Below, in pieces: positions 19,555 to 28,330 of a DNA stretch of 64,000 bases. The position numbers and the translations under genes are program-made. Below the pieces are notes generated by a model. That model was not told the DNA's origin. It worked only from the letters and a program-made list of their open reading frames with translations, and searched no databases. The DNA lies in assembly GCA_016218365.1 (NCBI GenBank), contig JACREF010000005.1, forward strand, positions 130 to 64,129, in the 5' to 3' direction. The stretch's first letter is position 1. Every line of letters begins with the position of its first letter. Source of the DNA: Gammaproteobacteria bacterium (lineage in GTDB: Bacteria; Pseudomonadota; Gammaproteobacteria; SZUA-140).

Positions 19555-20480
19555 TATACCCCACCGTCCTGTTGCGTCAGCGCCATGAACACATCCTCGA
19601 GATCGGCGTGGCGGGTCTGCAGATCGCTGATGACGACACCGGCGGTGCGCAACGCGTCCAGCGCTGTGATGATCGCGTCCAGCGTGCGCGGCAGCTCCAG
19701 TTCCAGGCAATCACCATCATGACGTCTGATCAGCGCCGCCAGTGACGGCGGCAAGCTGTCCACCGCCGACCGGGTCATCACCAATAACCGTAGCGTGTTG
19801 CCGAGCTCGCGCTGCAACAGCGCCTGCTTGCTGTCGAGCGCGATCAGCCGGCCGTGATTGAGGATCGCGATCCGGTCACACAGCCGCTCGGCCTCTTCGA
19901 GATAATGCGTCGTCAGCACGATGGTGTGGCCACGGCGATGCAGGCCGCTGACGAATTCCCACAGCAAGCGGCGCAATTCGACATCGACACCGGCGGTCGG
20001 CTCATCGAGCACGACGACCTGCGGCTGGTGCACCAGCGCCTGCGCGATCAGCACCCGGCGCTTCATGCCGCCGGACAGCGATCGCATATTGCTGTTGGCC
20101 TTGTCCGACAGCTTCAAGGCCTCCAGCACCTCGTCGATCCACGGATCGATGGCGCGGCCGAGGCCGAAATAGCCGGCCTGGATCTGCAGCACCTCGCGCA
20201 CCGTGAAAAACGGGTCAAACACCAGCTCCTGCGGCACGATGCCGATCAGCCGCCGCGCCGCACGGTAATCACTGACCACATCATGGCCGAGCACCGCGAC
20301 CTGGCCGCGGCTGGCCCGTGTCAGCCCGGCGATGATATTGATCAACGTCGACTTGCCGGCACCGTTGGGGCCGAGCAGGCCAAAGAACTCACCCTGTTCG
20401 ATAGTCAGATCGATGCCGTCCAGCGCCCGGACCCGCGGGTAGTGCTTGTCGACCGCTGTGATGGTAATGGCTGCTGTCAT
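19554..20480 (-). CDS. ABC transporter ATP-binding protein (YadG-like)
   Basis: GPNGAGKST, LSGGMKRR, LDEPTAGVD, TTHYLEEAE. Confidence 0.92.
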   Translation of the reverse strand: MTAAITITAVDKHYPRVRALDGIDLTIEQGEFFGLLGPNGAGKSTLINIIAGLTRASRGQVAVLGHDVVSDYRAARRLIGIVPQELVFDPFFTVREVLQIQAGYFGLGRAIDPWIDEVLEALKLSDKANSNMRSLSGGMKRRVLIAQALVHQPQVVVLDEPTAGVDVELRRLLWEFVSGLHRRGHTIVLTTHYLEEAERLCDRIAILNHGRLIALDSKQALLQRELGNTLRLLVMTRSAVDSLPPSLAALIRRHDGDCLELELPRTLDAIITALDALRTAGVVISDLQTRHADLEDVFMALTQQDGGV

Positions 20481-20614
20481 CGGATAGCGTGTTGGCTGGG
20501 TAGGCCCATTGTACCTGAACCGCCCGCAACGGGTGCCGCCCTCTTCAGGCACGGCAGCGGATGGACGCTAATGGTATTGACCCGCCACTCTGCACGGAAC
20601 GTGGAGACCTGACC

Positions 20615-22039
20615 ATGACGACACCCCCGATCTGCGCCGGCAAGTTCTGCCATAACGTCGAGGCCATGGTCGACAAGGCCATCGCCGCCCTCGACATCGA
20701 CACCGGCGTCGCCGCGGCGATCAAGACCTGCCACTCGGTGTTACAGGTGAGGTTTCCGGTCAAAATCCGTGGAAAGATTGAAGTTTTCACCGGCTGGCGC
20801 GCGGTGCACAGCACCCATCGGCTGCCGGCCAAGGGCGGCATCCGTTATGCGCCGATCGCCGACCAGGACGAGGTCGAGGCGCTGGCGGCGCTGATGACCT
20901 TCAAATGCGCCGTGGTCGATGTGCCGTTCGGCGGCAGCAAGGGCGCGCTGCATATCGACCCGAAACACTATAACCGCGAGGAGATGGAGGCGATCACCCG
21001 CCGCTTTGCCGTCGAGCTGGCGCGCAAGGACTTCCTGAACCCGGCGACCAATGTACCGGCCCCGGACGTCGGCACCGGCCAGCGCGAGATGGCATGGATC
21101 GCCGACACCTACAAGCATCTGCACCCCGAGGACATCAATCATCTGGCCTGTGTGACCGGCAAACCGGTGCACCACGGTGGCATCCGTGGCCGCGTCGAGG
21201 CCACCGGCCGTGGCGTGCAATATGCGCTGCGCGAGTTCTTCCGCCACCCCGAGGACGTGGCCCGGGCCGGGCTGAGCGGCACGCTCGACGGCAAGCGCAT
21301 CGTCATCCAGGGTCTGGGCAACGTCGGCTATCATGCCGCGAAATTCCTGTCAGAGGAGGATGGCGCAGTCATCATTGCCGTCATCGAGCGCGACGGCGCC
21401 GTGATCAACGATGATGGTCTGAATATCGAAGAGCTGTACCGGCATATCGTCGAACACAAGACGATCCAGGGCTATCACGGCGGCCGCTTTGTCGCCGACG
21501 GCCTGCCGGTGCTGGAACTGCCCTGTGACCTGCTGATCCCGGCCGCACTCGAAGGCCAGATCACCGCCGCCAATGCCGGGCGCATCCAGGCCCGGATGGT
21601 CGTCGAGGCCGCCAACGGCCCGTGCACCTTCGAGGCCGACACCATCCTGAACCAGCGCGGCATCCTGGTACTGCCCGACATCTATATCAACGCCGGTGGC
21701 GTCGTGGTGTCGTATTTCGAATGGATACGCAACATCTCGCACATCCGCTTTGGCCGCATGCAGCGCCGCCTTGAAGAACAACAGGGTGACCGGCTGACGA
21801 CGGTGCTGGAGCAGGTCACCGGCACCCGTCTCGATGACACGATGCGGGCACAGATCAGCCGCGGCGCCGACGAGATCGACCTGGTGCGCTCCGGCCTCGA
21901 CGACACGATGCGGCTCGCCTACCAGGAGATGCGCCAGGTCTGGCATCACAACCCCAAGGTCCACGACCTGCGCACCGCCGCCTTCGTCATCGCCGTCGAA
22001 AAGATCGCCCGCTCCTACCTCGACGTCGGGCTGTTCTGA
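20615..22039 (+). CDS. gdhA: Glu/Leu/Phe/Val dehydrogenase (glutamate dehydrogenase)
   Basis: KGGIRY, PFGGSKG, VPAPDVGT, QGLGNVG, EAANGP, NAGGVVVSYFEW; GGAG RBS before ATG 20615. Confidence 0.92.
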   Translation: MTTPPICAGKFCHNVEAMVDKAIAALDIDTGVAAAIKTCHSVLQVRFPVKIRGKIEVFTGWRAVHSTHRLPAKGGIRYAPIADQDEVEALAALMTFKCAVVDVPFGGSKGALHIDPKHYNREEMEAITRRFAVELARKDFLNPATNVPAPDVGTGQREMAWIADTYKHLHPEDINHLACVTGKPVHHGGIRGRVEATGRGVQYALREFFRHPEDVARAGLSGTLDGKRIVIQGLGNVGYHAAKFLSEEDGAVIIAVIERDGAVINDDGLNIEELYRHIVEHKTIQGYHGGRFVADGLPVLELPCDLLIPAALEGQITAANAGRIQARMVVEAANGPCTFEADTILNQRGILVLPDIYINAGGVVVSYFEWIRNISHIRFGRMQRRLEEQQGDRLTTVLEQVTGTRLDDTMRAQISRGADEIDLVRSGLDDTMRLAYQEMRQVWHHNPKVHDLRTAAFVIAVEKIARSYLDVGLF

Positions 22040-22261
22040 GCCTGTCCTGAGTAGCGACATAGTCGCGTATCGAAGAGCCTGTCCTGAGTAGCGACATAGT
22101 CGCGTATCGAAGGGCCTACTCACCACGAACGGCTCCATCTACCCGTTCATCCTGAGTAGCGCTGCGTAGCAGCGCGTATGGTTCGATACGGCGCTGCGCG
22201 CCTACTCACCATGATCGGTATATGTTAGGGCCTGAGTAGCGACATAGTCGCGTATCGAAGG
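22038..22261. repeat. Family A REP-like cluster including a perfect 37 bp tandem duplication
   Basis: GAGCCTGTCCTGAGTAGCGACATAGTCGCGTATCGAA at 22038-22074 and 22075-22111, plus further units in both orientations. Confidence 0.88.
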
Positions 22262-22268
22262 ACCCACC

Positions 22269-22320
22269 TTGACACCGTCCCGCCCCACCGCTATCATTCC
22301 AATACTCTTTGGAATGATAG
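22269..22320 (+). promoter_or_regulatory. Sigma70 promoter overlapped by a 12-6-12 inverted-repeat operator
   Basis: TTGACA (22269-22274), 17 nt spacer, TATCAT (22292-22297). CTATCATTCCAA-TACTCT-TTGGAATGATAG at 22291-22320, just before the ArsR gene. Confidence 0.8.
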
Positions 22321-22324
22321 CACC

Positions 22325-22984
22325 ATGAACACACGCGCCACCAAGGATCTGCTGTATCAACAGGTCGCCCGGATCGGCAAGGTCGTGTCCAGTCCGCGGC
22401 GGCTGGAGCTGATCGAGTTGCTGTGCCAGGGGGAGAAGAGCGTCGAACAGCTCGCCGGTGATGCGAACATGACGGTCAAGCTGGCCAGCGCGCACCTGAA
22501 GGAACTGAAGGCGGCGCGGCTGGTCGAGACGCAGCGCCGCGGCAAGCATATCTATTACCGTCTGGTGGACAGCGGAGTCGCTGACTTGTGGGTGATGTTG
22601 CGCCGCCTCGCCGGGCACCGGCTGCTGGAGCTGCAGGCGGCGCTGACGACGCTGACGAAACGGCCGGACGAGCTGCTGCCGGTCGGCAGTCGCCAGTTGC
22701 TGCAACAGGCACGGCGCGGCGACATCATCGTCATCGATGTGCGGCCGGCTGATGAGTATGCCGCCAACCACCTGCCCCATGCCCGTTCGCTGCCACTGGC
22801 AGAACTGAAACGGCGGCTACATGAATTACCGGCCGATCGTCCGGTAGTTGCCTACTGCCGCGGTCCGTTCTGCCTGATGGCGCACCAGGCGGTGGCGCTG
22901 CTGACAAAACACGGCTACCGCGCGCAACGTCTCGAAGACGGCGTCGCCGAGTGGCGGGCGCGCGGCCTGCCACTGGCAGCATAA
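22325..22984 (+). CDS. ArsR/SmtB-family repressor fused to a rhodanese domain
   Basis: N-terminal wHTH (SPRRLELIELL...SAHLKELK..RLVETQRRG); C-terminal rhodanese IDVRP...YCRGPFC...LEDGVAEW. Confidence 0.92.
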   Translation: MNTRATKDLLYQQVARIGKVVSSPRRLELIELLCQGEKSVEQLAGDANMTVKLASAHLKELKAARLVETQRRGKHIYYRLVDSGVADLWVMLRRLAGHRLLELQAALTTLTKRPDELLPVGSRQLLQQARRGDIIVIDVRPADEYAANHLPHARSLPLAELKRRLHELPADRPVVAYCRGPFCLMAHQAVALLTKHGYRAQRLEDGVAEWRARGLPLAA

Positions 22985-23127
22985 CAACGTGATGAAAAAC
23001 GCATCGGCGGATGCCAGACAAGGCGCAACAGGGCGAGGAAGCGGAGTTTACACACGAGTAAATGAGCATTTCGAGCACTGTTGCAACGCCGGATGGCGCC
23101 GCCCAGGTGTTTTTCAACAAGCTGTTA
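22982..23127. mobile_element. ~146 bp MITE-like element (family D)
   Basis: Imperfect terminal IRs TAACAACGTGATGAAAAAC / GTTTTTCAACAAGCTGTTA; internal CAAGGCGCA...CGAGCAC...GCAACGCCG shared with 30151-30295. Confidence 0.7.
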
Positions 23128-23137
23128 AGGAGATTTG

Positions 23138-23488
23138 ATGAAGACACTGCTGATACTGAATGAATCGCCGTACGGCAATGAGCGCAGCTACAATGCGCTG
23201 CGGCTGGCGAGCGCGCTGACCAAGGCTGCCGGTAACGAGGTCCGCGTCTTTCTGCTCGGCGACGCCGCAGCCTGCGCCAAGGCCGGCCAGCAGGTGCCGG
23301 CAGGCTTTTACAACATTCAATTGATGCTCGACAAGGTCATCCGCGCCCCGGCCGCCGTTGGCGTCTGCGGCACCTGTATGGACGCGCGTGGCATCAGCGA
23401 CGCCGAACTGCTTGATGGCGCACAGCGCAGCTCGATGGTCGAGCTGGCAACGTGGACGGCATGGGCGGACAAGGTCATGGTGTTCTAA
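23138..23488 (+). CDS. DsrE/YchN-family sulfur relay protein
   Basis: LNESPYGNERSYNALRLA, VFLLGDA, CGTCMDARG; AAGGAG RBS. Confidence 0.9.
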   Translation: MKTLLILNESPYGNERSYNALRLASALTKAAGNEVRVFLLGDAAACAKAGQQVPAGFYNIQLMLDKVIRAPAAVGVCGTCMDARGISDAELLDGAQRSSMVELATWTAWADKVMVF

Positions 23489-23503
23489 GGCCTCTATTGA
23501 TGC

Positions 23504-23570
23504 GTCATTCCGGGCGCAGCCTGGCTGCGACCCGGAATCCAGCGTTTCACCGATCAGGGGCGGGAGTGAC
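23504..23570. repeat. GTCATTCC-type REP element (family B variant)
   Basis: GTCATTCCGGGCGCAGC-CTG-GCTGCGACCCGGAATCCAG...GCGGGAGTGAC; related copy at 59375-59462. Confidence 0.7.
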
Positions 23571-23607
23571 GCACAGGAATACATCGGCCCCACAGGGAGA
23601 GACAATC

Positions 23608-24342
23608 ATGTTTTTCAAACAACTGGCGACCAAAGAATCCACGCTGTCCTATTTCTTCGGCTGCGCCAGCCTCGGCAAGGCGGTGGCCGTCGATGTCGTC
23701 GCCGGCGATGAACCGTGGTTCATCGAACAGGCGCGGCAGGCTAATGTCACCATCACCCATGTCATCGACACCCATGTCCATGCCGACCATTATTCGGGCG
23801 GCCGCCGGCTGGCGGCACAAAGCGGCGGCGCCTATTGCCTGCATGAAAGCGACCGTGATCTGGTCCAGTTCGACTTTCAGCCGCTGCGCGATGATGAGAT
23901 CATCGAGGCCGGCAATGTCATCATCAAGGTGCTGCATACGCCGGGACACACGCCGGACAGCATCTGTCTATTGGTCACCGACCGCCGCCGCGGCAGCGAG
24001 CCGTGGTTCGTCATCACCGGCGACACGCTGTTCGTCGGCGCCATCGGCCGTCCCGATCTCGCCGGCCAGGAACAGCAGATGGCCGCAACCTTGTTCGACA
24101 GCCTGCAACACAAGCTACTGTCGCTGCCGGACGACATCGAGATCTATCCCGGCCATCAGGCCGGCAGCGTCTGCGGCGCCGGGCTGTCCGGCAAACCGTC
24201 ATCGACGCTGGGGTTTGAGAAACGCTGGAACCCGGCGCTGGCGATCCGCGACAAACAGGCCTTCGTCGAGCTGCTGACGCGCGACATCCCGCCGCGGCCG
24301 GCCGACATGGCGCAGATCGTCGCCGCCAACATCGCCGCATGA
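23608..24342 (+). CDS. MBL-fold protein, persulfide-dioxygenase-like (CstB/Blh-type PDO domain)
   Basis: DTHVHADH, HTPGHT, GDTLFVG..GRPDL, YPGHQAGSVCG. Confidence 0.85.
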   Translation: MFFKQLATKESTLSYFFGCASLGKAVAVDVVAGDEPWFIEQARQANVTITHVIDTHVHADHYSGGRRLAAQSGGAYCLHESDRDLVQFDFQPLRDDEIIEAGNVIIKVLHTPGHTPDSICLLVTDRRRGSEPWFVITGDTLFVGAIGRPDLAGQEQQMAATLFDSLQHKLLSLPDDIEIYPGHQAGSVCGAGLSGKPSSTLGFEKRWNPALAIRDKQAFVELLTRDIPPRPADMAQIVAANIAA

Positions 24343-24376
24343 TACCGCGCCATTGACGACCGCAACCGGGGACCGC

Positions 24377-25675
24377 ATGACCATGCCACTCAGCGAACCG
24401 GTCCACGGCATCCGCGCCAACCTCGACCAGTTCCTGCATCAGCTGCTGCAGGTGTTCCTGGTCGGGCTGACCATCGGCATGATGCGCACCGTGATCCCGG
24501 CGCTGGCCGACAGCGAGTTCGGCGTGCCGCGCGGCTCGTTCATGCTGCTGATGGCCTTTGTCATCGCCTTCGGCTTCGTCAAGGGCACGCTGAACTTCGT
24601 CGCCGGCCATCTGGCGGAACGGATCGGCCGCAAGACCGTGCTGCTGCTCGGCTGGGCCGCTGCGCTGCCGATCCCGCTGCTGATCCTGCATGCCCCGAAC
24701 TGGAACTGGATCGTCGCGGCGACGGTGCTGCTCGGCATCAACCAGGGCCTGACCTGGTCGATGACGCAGACCGCCAAGCTCGACCTAACCCGGCCCGACC
24801 AGCGCGGCCTGACCATCGGCCTCAATGAATTCTCCGGCTACCTCGGCGTCGCGGTAGCCGGCATCGTCACCGGCTACTTGGCAACCATCCTCGGCCCGCG
24901 TCACGGCCTGCTGATCTTCGGCTCGATCGTCATCGTACTGGCGCTGCTGCTGACGGCGCTGTGGGTCAAGGAGACGCTGCGCTGGGCCCGCGCCGAGGGC
25001 GCGCGCCATGCGGCCGGCCAGAGCACCGGACCGCGGCCGCGTTTTCCGCACAATATCGCTGACCGGCCGACCACCTGGCAGGTGTTCACACTGATGACAT
25101 GGCGCGACCGGCGCATGGCGGCGCTGTGCCAGGCCGGGCTGGTCGAGAAATTCGTCGACGCGCTGGTGTGGGTGTTCTATCCGGTGTTCCTGTATCAGCA
25201 CGGCATCAGCCTGCCTGGCATCGGCTGGATCGTCGGCATCTATGGCCTGGTATGGGGCGGCTCGCAGTTCTTCACCGGCAAGCTGTCCGATCATGTCGGG
25301 CGGCACCGGCCGATCGTCGCCGGGATGTGGCTCTGCGGCGCCGGCGTCGGCATGATGCTGCTCGGCGAGGGTGTCGCGTGGTGGTCGCTGTCGGCGGCGA
25401 TCACCGGTTTCGGCATGGCACTGCTGTACCCGAACCTCAGCGCGGCGGTGGCCGACATCGCCCACCCGAACTGGCGCGGCGCGGCGATCGGCATCTACCG
25501 TTTCTGGCGCGACCTCGGCTATGGCATCGGCGGGCTGGCGCTGGGCATCGTCGCCCATGTCGGCGGCTCGATCAGCGCCGGTTTCTGGCTGGTCGCGATC
25601 GCGATGCTGCTGTCCGGCGCGCTGCTGCAGTGGTGGGGCGAGGAGACGCATCCGCGGCTCAATCCGCAGCGCTGA
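24377..25675 (+). CDS. MFS transporter
   Basis: About 12 TM helices; GHLAERIGRK and GKLSDHVGRH motif A repeats. Confidence 0.92.
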   Translation: MTMPLSEPVHGIRANLDQFLHQLLQVFLVGLTIGMMRTVIPALADSEFGVPRGSFMLLMAFVIAFGFVKGTLNFVAGHLAERIGRKTVLLLGWAAALPIPLLILHAPNWNWIVAATVLLGINQGLTWSMTQTAKLDLTRPDQRGLTIGLNEFSGYLGVAVAGIVTGYLATILGPRHGLLIFGSIVIVLALLLTALWVKETLRWARAEGARHAAGQSTGPRPRFPHNIADRPTTWQVFTLMTWRDRRMAALCQAGLVEKFVDALVWVFYPVFLYQHGISLPGIGWIVGIYGLVWGGSQFFTGKLSDHVGRHRPIVAGMWLCGAGVGMMLLGEGVAWWSLSAAITGFGMALLYPNLSAAVADIAHPNWRGAAIGIYRFWRDLGYGIGGLALGIVAHVGGSISAGFWLVAIAMLLSGALLQWWGEETHPRLNPQR

Positions 25676-25711
25676 GCAACAATCTTTTAACAGCAACACG
25701 GAGGTGTGGTT

Positions 25712-26866
25712 ATGAGTGACGGAAAAACCATATTGATCCTCGGCGGCGGCACCGGCGGCATCGTCGCGGCCAGTCGGCTGCGCAAGGGGCTGGGCCGCGA
25801 ACACCGGATAGTGCTGATCGAACGCGCGGCGGACTATCTGTTCGCACCATCGCTGCTGTGGCTGATGACGGGGCTGCGCAAACGCACCGCGATCTCGCGG
25901 CCGCTGACGCGGCTGGCGCACGGCATTGAGCGGGTCCATGGCAACATCGAGGCCATCGATCCGCTGCACCGCACCGTGCAGGTCAACGGCAGGAAGCTGA
26001 GCGGCGATTACCTGGTGGTGGCGCTGGGCGCGGAACTGGCGCCGCAGACCGTACCGGGGCTGGCCGAGGCCGGTCACAACCTGTACGAACTGGCCGGGGC
26101 CGAGGCCTTGCGCGATGCCCGGTTGAACTGGCGCGCGGGCCGGCTCATCGTGCTGGTCAGTGCCGTGCCGTTCAAGTGTCCGGCGGCGCCGTATGAGGCG
26201 GCGATGCTGCTGGAATACGATTGCCGCAAACGCCGGATCCGCGATCAGGTGACGATTGATTTATATACCCCGGAACCCGGGCCGATGCCGGTGGCCGGCG
26301 CCGAGGTCTCGCAACAGGTGCGCCAGATCGTCGAGGCCAAGGGCATCGGCTATCACCCCGGCCATGCGGTGAGCCGCGTCGATGCCGGCGCGCGCCGCAT
26401 CGAGTTCGCCAACGGCGCGGCCACCGGTTTTGATCTGCTGGTCTACGTGCCGCCGCACCGGGCGCCGCAGGTGGTGCAGGACGCGGGACTGTGCGGCGAA
26501 TCCGGCTGGATTGCGGTCGACCGCCAGACGCTGCAGACCCGCTTTCCGGGCGTCTACGCACTCGGCGATGTCACCGGCATCATGCTGGCGATGGGCCGGC
26601 CGCTGCCCAAGGCCGGGGTGTTCGCCCATGGCGAGGCCGAGGTGGTGGCGCACAATCTGGTCTGCGCGCTCACCGGCCGCGGCCAGCCGCGGCAGTTCGA
26701 TGGCCATGGCGAGTGTTTTGTCGAGACCGGCGACGGCAAGGCCGGCTTCGGCAGCGGCGATTTCTTCGCCGAGCCGCTGCCGCAGGTGCGGCTGCGCCCG
26801 CCCGGCCGCAGCCTGCACCTCGGCAAGATCGCCTTCGAGAAGTTCTGGCTGTTCGAATGGTTTTAG
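25712..26866 (+). CDS. Sulfide:quinone oxidoreductase-like (type III SQR / FCSD family) flavoprotein
   Basis: ILGGGTGG, FKCPAAPYE (redox Cys), ALGDV, LPKAG, GHGECFVETG (second Cys); GGAGG RBS. Confidence 0.82.
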   Translation: MSDGKTILILGGGTGGIVAASRLRKGLGREHRIVLIERAADYLFAPSLLWLMTGLRKRTAISRPLTRLAHGIERVHGNIEAIDPLHRTVQVNGRKLSGDYLVVALGAELAPQTVPGLAEAGHNLYELAGAEALRDARLNWRAGRLIVLVSAVPFKCPAAPYEAAMLLEYDCRKRRIRDQVTIDLYTPEPGPMPVAGAEVSQQVRQIVEAKGIGYHPGHAVSRVDAGARRIEFANGAATGFDLLVYVPPHRAPQVVQDAGLCGESGWIAVDRQTLQTRFPGVYALGDVTGIMLAMGRPLPKAGVFAHGEAEVVAHNLVCALTGRGQPRQFDGHGECFVETGDGKAGFGSGDFFAEPLPQVRLRPPGRSLHLGKIAFEKFWLFEWF

Positions 26867-26890
26867 GAACCTCTGATTAATCAGAGGTTC
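26867..26890. repeat. Perfect 24 bp palindrome equal to two fused family B shell terminal repeats
   Basis: GAACCTCTGATTAATCAGAGGTTC; the left half is identical to the start of the element at 63661. Confidence 0.75.
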
Positions 26891-26967
26891 TCTGTGGCAC
26901 ACGGACGTGCTCTGAGAATTCCAGGATGGAATTATTCAGAGCTTCCTTTAGCAAGCGGAGCGGAACG

Positions 26968-27216
26968 ATGATCGACGCCATGCAGATGCACGACCCGTGG
27001 GCCGGCAGCATGTGGGCTGGCGGTATGTGGCTGTGGGCGGTGCTGTTCTGGGGGCTGGCGATCGCCGGGGCGGTGCTGGTCGTCAAGTCACTGCTCGGGC
27101 GCGGGCTGGAGCGCGATGCCGACCCGCTGGACATCCTCAAGCGCCGCTATGCGCGCGGCGACATCGACCGCGCGACCTTCGAGCAGATGAAAAAAGACCT
27201 CGAAGACAGCCGGTGA
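26968..27216 (+). CDS. Small membrane protein with a SHOCT domain
   Basis: Met/Trp/Gly-rich N-terminus, one TM helix, DPLDILKRRYARGDIDRATFEQMK. Confidence 0.85.
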   Translation: MIDAMQMHDPWAGSMWAGGMWLWAVLFWGLAIAGAVLVVKSLLGRGLERDADPLDILKRRYARGDIDRATFEQMKKDLEDSR

Positions 27217-27220
27217 CACC

Positions 27221-27880
27221 GTGATGACCGGTGTAGATCCCGCCGCCTATGAAGCCTGGTATCACACGCCACGTGGCCGCTGGATCGCCGAGTGTGAGTT
27301 TGCGCTGCTGCAACGCCTGCTGCGTCCGGCGGCCGGGGCCAGCCTGCTCGATGTCGGCTGCGGCAGCGGCCACTTCAGCCGCCGCTACGCCGCCGCCGGG
27401 CTGCGGGTGACCGGGCTGGACCGCGACACGGCGCTGCTGGCCTATGCCCGTTCCCGCGATGACCAGGTGACCTATCTGCACGGTGATGCGCTGGCACTGC
27501 CCTGCGCCGACGGCGCCTGCGATCACTGCGCCGCGATCACCAGCCTGTGTTTCATCTCTGAACCGGCACGGGCGCTGGCCGAGCTGTTGCGGGTCGCCCG
27601 CCGCAGCGTGGTGCTGGGCCTGCTGCACCGCCACAGCCTGCTGTATCGGCAGAAATGCGGCCAGGGTGGTTATCGCGGCGCACGCTGGGATACGGTGACC
27701 GATGTCCGGCGCTGGCTGGCGGCGACCGGCCATACCAGCACGACGACATTGCGCGCGGGCCATGCGCTGTGGCTGCCGTCCGGCAACACCGTGGCCCGGC
27801 TGACAGAGCGTCTGCTGCCCGCCGCATGTCCCGGCGGCGGTTTTCTCGCCATCGCGCTGCATCACAAAACGGCCGCATAG
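27221..27880 (+). CDS. Class I SAM-dependent methyltransferase
   Basis: YEAWYHTPRG, LLDVGCGSGHF, GDALALP, ITSLCFI. Confidence 0.88.
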   Translation: MMTGVDPAAYEAWYHTPRGRWIAECEFALLQRLLRPAAGASLLDVGCGSGHFSRRYAAAGLRVTGLDRDTALLAYARSRDDQVTYLHGDALALPCADGACDHCAAITSLCFISEPARALAELLRVARRSVVLGLLHRHSLLYRQKCGQGGYRGARWDTVTDVRRWLAATGHTSTTTLRAGHALWLPSGNTVARLTERLLPAACPGGGFLAIALHHKTAA

Positions 27881-27925
27881 CGGCCTCGCCGTCGGGCTGT
27901 CCTGAGACGCCCCCGTTCGTCCTAA

Positions 27926-28233
27926 CGGGTGTTCCTGTTCCATGGCAGGTGTGGGCCGTTCGTCCTGAGTAGTGCTGCGCAGCAGCACGTATCGAAGGGT
28001 CGCCCTGAGTAGCGGCAGCATGCCTGGTATCGAAGGGCAGTAGCGCCGTCCATGGTTCGATACGGCACTGCGTGCCTACTCACCACGAACGGTCTCCTCC
28101 TCCCCGCCCGTCCTGAGTAGCGACATAGTCGCGTATCGAAGGGCCTACTCACCACGAACGGGTGTTCCTGTTAGTTCCATGGCAGGTGTGGACCGTTCGC
28201 CCTGAGTAGCGGCCAACGGCCGCGTATCGAAGG
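27926..28233. repeat. Family A REP-like cluster with a duplicated linker
   Basis: Five hairpin units; linker CGGGTGTTCCTGTT..CCATGGCAGGTGTGG.CCGTTCG occurs at ~27927 and ~28159. Confidence 0.85.
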
Positions 28234-28330
28234 ACCGCATATCCCCCACCAAAACACCCGGTGCAGCAAGACCTTATTTATAGTATAATGTCGCGCCTTC
28301 GAAACCTTTAAAAACCTTCAGGATATCGCC

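Noticed and set aside
26911..26940. Second ArsR operator (AATTCCA-GGA-TGGAATT) before the SHOCT gene
   Set aside because: The half-sites resemble the 22291 operator but the spacing is 3 nt rather than 8 nt, and no clear promoter is present.
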